DNA from: Daphnia carinata
Lineage: Eukaryota
Length of the DNA stretch: 64,000 nucleotides
Reading direction: 5' to 3'
NCBI RefSeq assembly: GCF_022539665.2
Contig: NC_081331.1
Span: 4,340,001 to 4,404,000 of the forward strand
Part shown: in pieces, positions 53,714-64,000 of the stretch
Position numbering within the stretch: position 1 is the stretch's first letter
How the letters are laid out: each line of letters begins with the position of its first letter
Position numbers and translations under genes: made by a program
Notes under the pieces: model-generated
The model's database searches: none
What the model saw: only the letters and a program-made list of their open reading frames with translations
What the model was told of the DNA's origin: nothing

Positions 53714-55847
53714 ATGTTTTCGGCCTTAAGAAAGCTAACAGCAGGAAACAACAAGAATGAAGTTAATGGAAAAAGCCCAACTGGAGGTCATCAGACTATG
53801 CATGCATCTCTACAAAAGAAATTTGCCAAAGGAGTACATTACAATAGTAGGACCCTGTGAGATGTTTAGCACAAAATGATCCTTTACTTAAATCAACATT
53901 TTTAACAGTGAAAATAATTATACGTGGAGATAGAAATGTAGGTAAATCATGCCTATTTCAGAGGCTTCAAGGCAAGCCTTTTGTAGAAAATTACGATCCA
54001 ACACAAGAAATACAGGCAAGTTTCTTCAACCACAAGAGTTTTGTAAAATATCCATCAGTTTTAATTTGGAACAGTTATACTTAATGTAGGTTGCCAGCAT
54101 ACAGTGGAGTTATAAGGCAACTGATGACATAGTTAAAGTAGAAGTATGGGATGTTGTGGACAAGGGAAAAAAGAAAAAACCTTTAGAAGGCTTGAAACTC
54201 AATACTACTCCTACATCTCTCACTGAGGAACCAGCTTTAGATGCTGAGTTTCTTGATGTTTATAAAGGAACTCATGGAGTAATTTTAATGCTAGACATCA
54301 CCAAACAATGGTGAGGATAGGAATAGTTCAACAATCACAAGCCCTAATTAATACATACCTTCATTAAAAGGACCTTTGATTACGTAAAGCGCGAACTTCC
54401 TAAAATTCCAGCCACCATTCCTGTTATGGTACTTGCAAACCACCGAGATATGGGACACCATCGATGTGTCTCTGAAGACGACGTAAAATTTTTCGTGGAA
54501 AGCCTAAATCGGTTAGAAAAATCTCTGAAAATAAGCCATGAGTTTAAACACTTTTTAAATTACCGAATTGCAATTCAGGAGTAAAACTGATGCCCAGATC
54601 CGATTCGGCGAAAGATCGATGAGAAATAGCTTCGGCCTGAAGCTTCTTCATAAATTTTTCAACTTACCATTTCTAGCTTTACAGCGCGATTCTCTTCTTA
54701 AACAGTTAGAGACGAATGGACAGGAAATGGCTTTGACCAACGAAGAACTTGATCTCTATTTGGAGACTGATGATGCTAGCTATGACAGGTGCGTTTGGCA
54801 ATGGTTGTTTTCGATCCTATTGTTATGACGATCCTATCGCGACAGGTTTCTAGATCTTCTTACTCAAAAGCGACGCCAGACTGCTGATTCTCTGAGCGCA
54901 GCAGCAACTTCGAATGCGCTACAAGCTCCTGTCCCTAACGCACCAAAACAAGTATCAGCCAATCCAATTCAAGTCGCCACACCTAAAGTAGAAATCGCAA
55001 AACCTCCTTCCGTGGAACCCAAAACATCGGGCCAAATTACAGCGGTGAATGGTAAGCCTTGGACGATTTTGAGGTGGGAAATCGAATTGAGTATGACCTT
55101 CAATTACAGGCGATTCTGTGAAAAAAGATAGCGAATTTTCCAGCGTCGAGGATTTTGTTGTTGAAGGAGATGATGGCGAGCAAGGTATGGGTTTCCTCTC
55201 GTCAGTCGAAGAAACATCTAGTGCCCCAACCAAAGGAGTTGCAGTAGAACCAGAATCAGATAGGTAAAAGATAAAGTATGTTTAAAAATTGAAAGCGTAG
55301 AAGATACTAATTGTTCAAGAATTTTCAAAGCGATGCCGAAAAAGAAGGCAACCCAATGGTAATGGGTTTCCAGGATGAAATCGACGATGAGGATTACTTA
55401 CGGCCATCTGATTTTGGAAATCCTGTAGCGCAAATTTCGGATTCTTCTGATGATGAACTATCAGTTCCTGGGCCCAATAAAAAAGAATCCTCTGTTTCTA
55501 AAGCAAGTCGGACACTTGAGAACGTGACGATCAAAGATGATCTAGACGATTGGCTCAACGGTGGAGATGAAACATTGTCAGCTACAAAATTTAAAGCGCC
55601 TTCACCAGCCAGTACAAGAGATGATGCAGTACCTATTAATAGAAAGATTACTGAAAAAAAGACAGAAGTTATTTTGTTCGAGGAGTCTTCCATAGAATTA
55701 ACTGGGAAGAGTAAAAGAACAAAGGAAAAGAAAGGCAAACGAAAATCCAAGAGATCGTCAACGGAAGAGCGCACGTCGAGCAGTCCTGTTCACGATACAA
55801 ATGCTGTTGGAGAATCACGGTCATTTAACGACTATGAAGAACTCTAA
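53714..55847 (+). CDS. RABL6: Rab-like protein 6 (RBEL1/PARF)
   Basis: MFSALRKL…[48 protein letters not shown], acidic/Lys-rich tail ending DYEEL. Confidence 0.92.
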
Positions 55848-56226
55848 TGAAACTCGCTTTTTAAAAATCATAATTATCTAATCATTCAGACCATAATGTC
55901 AATTTGTTTTCCCCCTTTTTAAGTTAAATGGTGTACAAGGTATATTGTGTCCTCAAGCTTTCTAAATGAAAAAAAAAGAAAAATTTATTGATTAAAACTA
56001 TCATTTATTTTTTAGTTTAAGCCCTAAAAAAAGTTCACTTAATGACCGCCCAACAAATGCATGGAATTTCTAGCGCTGCTAAGATTTTCCCATAGCCCCT
56101 AGACCAGTAGATTTTTTTCCGAGCTACATTTAGAAACAATTATAATATATAGAATACATACATAGGATGAATTTGATAATGGTGATTGATTCACTATTGC
56201 GCGTATGGAGGTGGTTTTCCTGCGAA

Positions 56227-59043
56227 TTACATCCACCGCCGGATGTTTTCCTGTAAATCATGGCAAGAGAGTAATAAGTTGTGGATCTACGTTTATCTAA
56301 AACTGCTAGTAATTTTACCTTCTCTTCTTCGGTGAGTTGCCCACCGTCCAAGAGGAATTGTAGCTGAATGCGTATTTGGTGGGGAATAGCCTGGGTACTC
56401 TGCACCTGAGGCTGGTAAGCGCATGTTAAATACGGATGCGATAAAAGCTGTTCAATGGATAGTCGGTTGCGTGCATTGCGATCGAGGCAGCCTTTCAGTA
56501 CAGATATGGCCATCGGATCTGCCGTTGGAGGGAAGTCTATAATATGACGCTCGTCCACTATCGCATTGATTTTCTCGATGGTATCCCTGATCTTGTTAAA
56601 TGGCGGGTTCTTGTAAATAAGACTATATAACATACAACCTAGGGACCACACATCTGTTTTCCTACTAATCTGCAACTCCAAATGTAACATTAACGATCAT
56701 TAAGTTTCGGTCAATGAAATTCCATTTTACCTTGTACTCGTGATTAGCTCCCGCAGGAGATGCCGATTTAATTGCTTCTGGTGCCATATAATTGTATGTG
56801 CCACACTGACTGTCTTTCATTATTGACGTCATGTCAGCCTTGTAAAAGAAGGTGTTAGCTATTTAAATTTTTTTAAAGATTAATTTGGATTACCTGGATG
56901 GAAGTAGCTATACCAAAATCGATTAGCTTTAAGCCTCCGTTGACCAACAGAAAATTGGCCGGTTTCAGATCTGTATGGATTACATCTGAAGGGAACAAAA
57001 TTTGTTACATGCCAATAATGGCTATTAAAAACAAACTTACTTTTATCGTGAATTTCTTTAACAGCTTCTAGCATTTCTTGCCAATAAAAGCGAATGAGGG
57101 TCGGATTAATGGCATTCAGACTGGTTCGGTTCCGAATGAGATTGGCAAGATCAGTGTCACCTTTTTCCATAACTAGTAACAATTTTTCTTCTTCTTCGTT
57201 GTACTCACTAAAATTTTTTTTATTATTCCAAGAACAAACGGCCACCCACTTAACATTAGCTTACTATTCAAGGAGGCGGACGACACGAGGCAAACCTTGC
57301 AATTGCTTTAACAGCCGCACTTCGTTGATGTATCCTTCGGCAGTGACCTCATCAACGGAATCCAGACGCACAACTTTTAGGGCAAATATGTCTGTCATTT
57401 CTTGGTTCAAAACCTGTGATAAAAAAAATTACTTACTTGATATACTAACTAATGAAATGTTAGGTTTAAACGTTCAACCTGATAAACAACACTTGATCCA
57501 CCACGTCCAAGCAGTTTCATAACGGTGTACAGTTTTCCGTTTACTGAAATCTGCTTGCTTTTGGTGGGTTGACGAGGAGTTTGAGGGAGTAAATGATTGC
57601 TGCTGGATACGACGGAATGAAGCATTTTCTGTTGCTCAATATTCTGATGATTTGAAATAAGCGGTTGAACTTCTGATATGCTTGCCGTATGTTTCATTTT
57701 TTCTGGTAATGGCCGTTTAAAATCCGCCGAGTTCAAAACCAACAATGACGCACTATCTGGCTTGGTTAATAAAAGGCTAGGAGATGGACTTGGTTCATTT
57801 ATACGGTTTTCAGGTTTGGAAGAAGAAACTGATGAAACTATATGAGGTTCTTGGGCCTTGGTTGTACTAAACGAAGAATGCCCAGTCCACGATAGCTGTT
57901 TAGCGATTGGCGTTCTCGAGTCATCTGAAGGATGCATTTTGACAGTGAGCTGCGTCGGTATCCCAAGCATGATCGCTGTATCTGAAGTTGTATTCGAGTC
58001 TGATTTATCGAGAAGCTTGGTAGTAGAAGACACGGGTTCTTCCTTTTCTGGTGGCATGAATGGTACTTTGCAGTTTAAAACTAATGGCTTTCGCGGTTGA
58101 TTCCAATCCCCATTTTTAGTTCCATGCAGGTTCGTCTGTTGAAGACAAGGTTTCAGTACATCAACAGGATGCGACTCCTCTTGAACTTGCGGTAATGACA
58201 AATGTCCTTCAGCAAGCAGTTTGGTAGGAAGCTCTTTGTGACAATCAGAATGAAGGGTTTTGATACCAAACCCTTGTTGGATATTCATAGAAGACGAAGG
58301 ACCATAACCCCAACGTGAAACCTTGTCTTCTGATTGGGAAAACTTTGATTGAAGGTTAAGGGCAATATCAGGTTGTTGTTGAATAATAGGTTTGCGAAAG
58401 ATGTCTGGAAGTGAGTCACTGGTGAGCGAAAACAGGTTGGACACACTGGTCTCTTGAAGGACATTGCTGTAACAGGTTTTTTCTTGAGCAGTGTTTCTAT
58501 CAACTGTGTGTAGCAGGTGATCTGATCTTTTAATCCTATGCAATTCAGGTGTTGATTCAGAACGTCCAAGCCTTGTTTTAATATAGGGAAACAGTAGTAG
58601 TATTTTGAACAACTCAACATAGAATTTAAAAAATTATACTTTGGGGTAGATGGAAAATCATGCATTCCAAATCTAGGAAGTTCATTTTCTTTGAAGTTAA
58701 GTCTAGGTGTGTGTGGCAATTGCCTACCAGGGGTAATTGGGTTGAGGTTGGAAGCAGAAACATTTGTTGGGCGGATGGGCTTCAGACCACTCTTATTTCT
58801 GGCATATCTGTTTGAGTTTGTGCCTGTACCTCCATCATGGTTGTGTGTGTTTTCTCCTTTGGAAGCGTCATCACTCGAAGTAGAAGTGGGACTGGGTTTC
58901 TGACTACTTGGAGTCGCAGCAGCAGAATTTGTTCTAAATCCAACAAATGCAAATCGAAAACCAGAAATCTTTGGTAATTTAACTCAAACTTACATTAATT
59001 GCTTTTTGTAGTCACCGTCTTCTTTTCTTGGAAACCCATACAT
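56227..59043 (-). CDS. TTK: Dual-specificity kinase TTK/Mps1
   Basis: [76 protein letters not shown]. Confidence 0.9.
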
Positions 59044-59505
59044 TGCTCAAAATATTTTATGTTTGCGATGCAAGTCGGCTTGCAAACAAACGGTTAACCT
59101 CGAGTCAGGTAAATTCAAACTTTGTCTGCATTTCGGCATTGCCAGATCTGAAGAAAGAATTTTGAAACTGCTTGAAAACCGCCGCCAGCTGGAGTGAATC
59201 GGTGGGATGGGGTTTTGGAACGCTAGAATGAGGATGGAAACGTGAATATAAGCAACTTTTCAATCCAGGAGCATTGCTTATAACAGCTGGGCGACGGGCA
59301 GGGATAGCGGGTGCTTTGCAAAATAATATTGACTAAATATCTTTAAAGAAATAGAGTTAAATAGCATGACAACAAAGAATCGAAACCGTGAAATCAGCAT
59401 GGCAGCCGCGAACTATGCCACAGCGCCATATTTCAGTCACTTGTAGTATACATAAGCTACCTGTTTCACTGAACAACACCAAAGCTAAATTTGGTTGGGA
59501 TGTAC

Positions 59506-59572
59506 GGTCAAGGCACAATGGTTATCGCTCTCACCTTGTATTATTTAGTCCCTGGTTCAAATCCCGCCACTT
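59506..59572 (+). pseudogene. Degenerate tRNA-like sequence / possible SINE head
   Basis: A-box-like AGGCACAATGG and B-box GGTTCAAATCC at tRNA-like spacing. Anticodon arm is broken. Confidence 0.4.
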
Positions 59573-59675
59573 CCAATTTCCAGGCCCTCCCTTCCCTCCA
59601 TGATCTCCTCCCACCACTCTCTCCTCCCCTCCCACCCCTCCATATCATCATTCAAGATTCGCAAGTTTCTTCATA

Positions 59676-59808
59676 TCATTGGATTACGCGCAACATTCAA
59701 CGGATTCTCAAGATTCTTCCCTTCATCGGATTACGCAACATTCAACATCTTCATTACAATGGATTCTCAAGATTCTTCATCTCATCGGATTACGCAAGAT
59801 TCTACATC
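59676..59808. repeat. Imperfect tandem repeat (~3 units, TCATCGGATTACGCAAC…GGATTCTCAAGATTCTTC)
   Basis: Units visible directly in the sequence. Confidence 0.7.
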
Positions 59809-60515
59809 CCATCATCTACACCAAATGACACATATACCTTCAAGAAAGAAGAAAAAAGAAGAGCCTACTAATAAGGGGTTAAAAATGGCACAATAAAAAA
59901 TCGATCTGTAGTACCGTTCACTACATTGAAGATCGACCTACAAACTCAGGTAGAGAAGGGGTAATCGTAACTCGTAGGTTGTTGGTAAGTCTCCCCATGG
60001 CCACTAGGTTTCATGGATGCAGGCAGCTAATCATCGAGGTATGTGACCCTCTTCGATACCATTTTTTTTTTTCCTTACTGTGTCGAACACCAGTAGGTAC
60101 TGCTAGCAGGTTATTAGGTAGGCAGGCTAGTTAGCATTAATAAGCGGAGGTTATAGAGGACTGTAGATTTGAAATCAAATGTAAAATAAAATAAATATAG
60201 AAATATAATAAAATTGCAGGCAAATCGATGACCCTGGAGTGGCGCAAACGTGAAGTCGACAGCCGTGATTAGTAACACTGTATTGTCCTTCTAACTTTGA
60301 AAGCGAGAAGGGAACAGAAAAAAAAAATTTGAAAAACTGGATACAACAAGAATGTATTTTTTTGCTCACAAGGTACGCGGCGAGAAATGAAAACAGCTTT
60401 GTCTGGGGGCAGGATGCAGTATGAGTGAAAAAAACGGCCGACCATTTTTCTGAGAAAGTTTTCTTTTTTAAAATCTTTTTCAGTAAGCACCTACACGCTG
60501 TCACAGCGTATTAAC

Positions 60516-63025
60516 CTAAGGTGGCGGTAGAAGAGCGATGACTTTCTCATACAGCCTTTCTTTGGCATCTATTCCCTATTGAAAATGTTGTAAACGTTTT
60601 TAGTTCCGTAACATCTAAAAAGTTTTGATACCCAAATGAAATCCAAATGACTGTAATCGCTAATACGGTTAGATCCATTCAAGTTTTTAAGTTTAGACAA
60701 AAGCCAATCCACGTCCTATGTAAAAAAAAAAAAAAAAAAAAAATCTAAATAAATTTTTATATTTATTAAAATAGGGAAAAAAGCTGTACCGATGGGGTCA
60801 CTATGTGATCGCTTCCTCCAGAAAAGACGTACACCTATGCACGCGAACCTTCTATATCATGGTTATTCAAAATAAAAAATACTGAAAGAAAGTGAGATAC
60901 CGGAGCTGTGATTTTGGCAAGATCATATTCGTGCGGTTTGACGGATCCATACCGTAACAAGTTACCCCTTCGCCCGAAGTCATAAGCTTGAAAAACATTA
61001 CCTAAATAAACAAATCAATTAGTTACACTAGTTACTTTTTGCAATCTGAATTCGTCTGATATTAATTATGCCATTTCTCACCTGCATTGTAATTTTGCGC
61101 AAACTGAGCTATAACACTCACTGATGTTCCGCGAAGAAAATTCACGTTAAACAGCGGAATCATAGCCTGAGAAAATAACCATGCACTGTTCTTTTTTCTT
61201 TGCAATAAATATACAATTGCTTACTGGATCTAAATTCTCACTGGGTCCAACTACTGAACGAAACCAGTTTCTGCAATAGTGTGCTTGGATGTAAGACTGC
61301 TCGCAAACCAATTTAAAAAAGCGATCGCCGAAGCCCTCACTGTCTAGCCCTCCATGAACTCCGACAAACTTAAGAGCATCCTGAATGTACAGTGTGATGT
61401 GGGTAATCATGAAACCAAAATAAAATTCCATTAATTTGTTAAATATATCGATCTACCTTTGTGGTATCAAACTGGTCAATTTATAGTTAGACGTGGATTC
61501 ATAAGTTACCTCTATGCGATCAGTAAATGGCGCCCAAAAGCGAAAAAAGTCGGTGGTAATATACGCAAAGGAAGAAAGCGGCGCAAGAGCTACCTATGAA
61601 TTATAATTTGATTTTAGAAAAGCGAATGTGACAAAATAGTTATAAACTTGCCATGATTTCAATCCTTGCGTTAAGTTCTGGGTGTTTGAGCATGGCGATA
61701 AAAAACACACCGCATCCCAATGAATGTCCTATATAAGTCAATTTTGACTGACCTGTCTCCATTAATATGTAACGAATGACGGACGGAATGTCGTAATTTC
61801 CTATTTCGTCCCAGCTAATAGAAAGTGAAACAATAAGTAGGACCCACTAGAATGTCGTTGGTACTTTCAGCTTACGAAACAAAGTTTACCTGAATTTCCA
61901 ATATTCGGCTTCATCGGGACTAAGGGTTGTATGTTTCCTAGAAAATCTGTTTCCACGAAAATTACCCAGCCACACGTCGTACGATAGTCCTGCTAATAAA
62001 AATGCTGGAAACAAGAAGTGGGAGTAAATCGTGTTACTAAAGACGCGTTGTTAAAAAAATGCCTTAAGTTTTACTTGTTAATGGAATCGTTATTTAAGCA
62101 GAACCATGTTTTCTAAAAATTTAGTAAATTAAATTTAAATGATGTTCAGCTGGAGGCAATTGTCTGCGTTGTGAAACAAGCTATTTCAATGGTGGAAAAA
62201 GTGGAGGTGAGCCGAGGTCAAGGTACAAAAGCCTTTTGAGTTGTTAAAGAAGAGGTCATCGGGTGGTTCAATTTACTCTACAGAAAAAGAAAGAGAAAAA
62301 TTCTGGAAATTTCCTTTTTCTTTAGGTTGTTAACCTCATAAACATTTGCAGTTAAAACCTAAAAAATTTGTACCAGCTTTAAAATTAAGGGCCACGGGCA
62401 GCTGAGATATGTACATTGAAATCGACGCATTGAGCTCTAACATTAGTGGAAAAATATTTTCCACAGTACACTAGATTAAACAGAGAAATCAGTGGTATTA
62501 CCGAGGGAGCGACTAGAAGGATTCACCAGCCATGTTCCAGAAGATTGTAAAACTCCATGTTGAAGAAACACCACTTTCTTTGGAGTTCTTGAAGGAATTC
62601 GATGAAGCTCCAGAATATATCTATATTTGGAGATAAGACATCTGATTACATTAGCATCCAATTCCTGCTTTTTATCAAATATGGTACCCATCTTCTGTCG
62701 TTACATGATGAATCTCAACTGGAAAACCCCGATGCTTGATTACTTGCGGCTATACAGGTTTTCCAAACAGATAGTAAAACACAATTTTTAAAAAAATCAA
62801 CATCAAAAATTCTTTACAAAAACTCACCGGGGTATAGGAGCGTTCAGCAGTTTTGGTTAAGCGATCAAATAACGTAACCCCATTTTTTGTTTTTGTTAGC
62901 CACTTGTCTAGTAGTCCACGAGATAAAACGGGGTCGTGGTGCGATTCAATCGAGCTGTAAACGACCTTACTTGACCCAACCATTAACAATGCAAACCACC
63001 AACATCTTAATCGACTAGGCAGCAT
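60516..63025 (-). CDS. Acid lipase (gastric/lysosomal lipase, Lip3-like), multi-exon
   Basis: Signal peptide, [43 protein letters not shown] nucleophile, GGSDHIV (Asp), YSHLDFIWG (His). Confidence 0.9.
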
Positions 63026-64000
63026 GACCGTATCTTTCCTGAGGTAGAGGGTGACTGGTCGCAGCAGTTGATGAATTCGGCATATTGTACTGCCACCAAA
63101 TTCCGATGTCACCAAACGTAGTTTAAAGGCCCGTAACGAAATAGAATTTTACGACATGCAAAGCGCGCAAAGACCACGCAAACGCTGTACGAGAAAATCA
63201 ATCTTTCTATTTAAAGTTATTTGCCACGCAACTTTTTTTTTGAATTTTTTGAATTCGGAAGGCTAAAGAACAACGAGAGGCCCGCAAAAGCCAGGTGGGC
63301 TAATTCTTTTTGAAGCACCCAACCCATAATTTTGAGAAGCTATGTAACTGCCGAGTTCCATCTACACAAACACCTCCCAACGCTTGTTACGTGACCACTA
63401 GAATTCCAAGAAAATTTAACAATAACGTGACGGAAGTCGTACCAACGAAACCGGTATCGAGGAAGAAAAATTGCTTTCCAATATTTTGATAGCAAAGCAA
63501 CAAGAGTTTCTTAGTTGGAACAGAAAACCTATCTAACAATTTCTGAGGTCATTCAAGTTTTGTGGTTTTCCTTTACGGCAATGCATCGAATTCCTCAATG
63601 GTAACTGACAAAGAAAAACGTGATGAAACTGGTTTTAAGTTTCGCATGGTAGTGGCTTCCCAGTGCTTTGAATGATTCATCTGACTCGCATTACCATAAT
63701 TGCCACTCGTCACACCCTTCTCAGTTACGTTTTTGTGTACACAAGTAACTACGAAAATAAAATAACCCATTTTTTTTTAGAGAACTAGTTTCTCCACAAG
63801 ATGCAGAGCATTTTACACCTGAAATAACTCTCACCCATATGGAAAAGGGAACCCAAAAACAGCTGTCGCGGTAGCAAACGTGTTGCGAAATAACAAAAAA
63901 AACAAACAAAGACGTAGAACACTCGTCTTTCTAAGAAGCGAGTTTTGGTTGTCGTGCGTGCGTCGAGAAAAAGGAAAGACGTTCGCCTTATCGTTTTTTT

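Noticed and set aside
59676..59808. CRISPR-like array
   Set aside because: Eukaryotic context, only ~3 degenerate units, no unique equal-length spacers, no cas genes.
62617..62690. Apparent premature stop in the lipase (EDGYHI*)
   Set aside because: Removed by a GT-AG intron that restores [12 protein letters not shown], so the gene is not a pseudogene.

Overview
Gene-dense eukaryotic DNA with short (about 55-80 nt) introns. Gene content and intron size point to a cladoceran crustacean such as Daphnia (inference). Bases 1-9,000 are non-coding. About 17 protein genes follow: TMEM134, a TLDc-domain protein, a KCBP-like kinesin-14, ABHD17, RPL36, HAX1-like, a Bcl-2 family protein, a small C2H2 zinc-finger protein, a divergent histone H3/H4 pair, a catalytically dead carboxylesterase, two tandem ACSF3-like genes, NELF-B, UBL5, RABL6, TTK/Mps1 and an acid lipase. 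The most notable structure is a pair of giant palindromic elements (14,433-19,103 and 44,878-50,213) with one shared architecture. Each has GGCAATCC-type termini flanked by AT and kb-long inverted arms carrying degenerate intron-containing gene remnants. Each also has a hairpin-rich core of about 450 bp, present in four virtually identical copies across the window, and a central spacer with three outward-facing tRNA-like (A-box/B-box) modules. A second oddity is a canonical-type H3 gene with both an intron and a histone 3' stem-loop, paired with an H4 that has AATAAA and no stem-loop. All gene models were assembled by eye, so exon boundaries are approximate.
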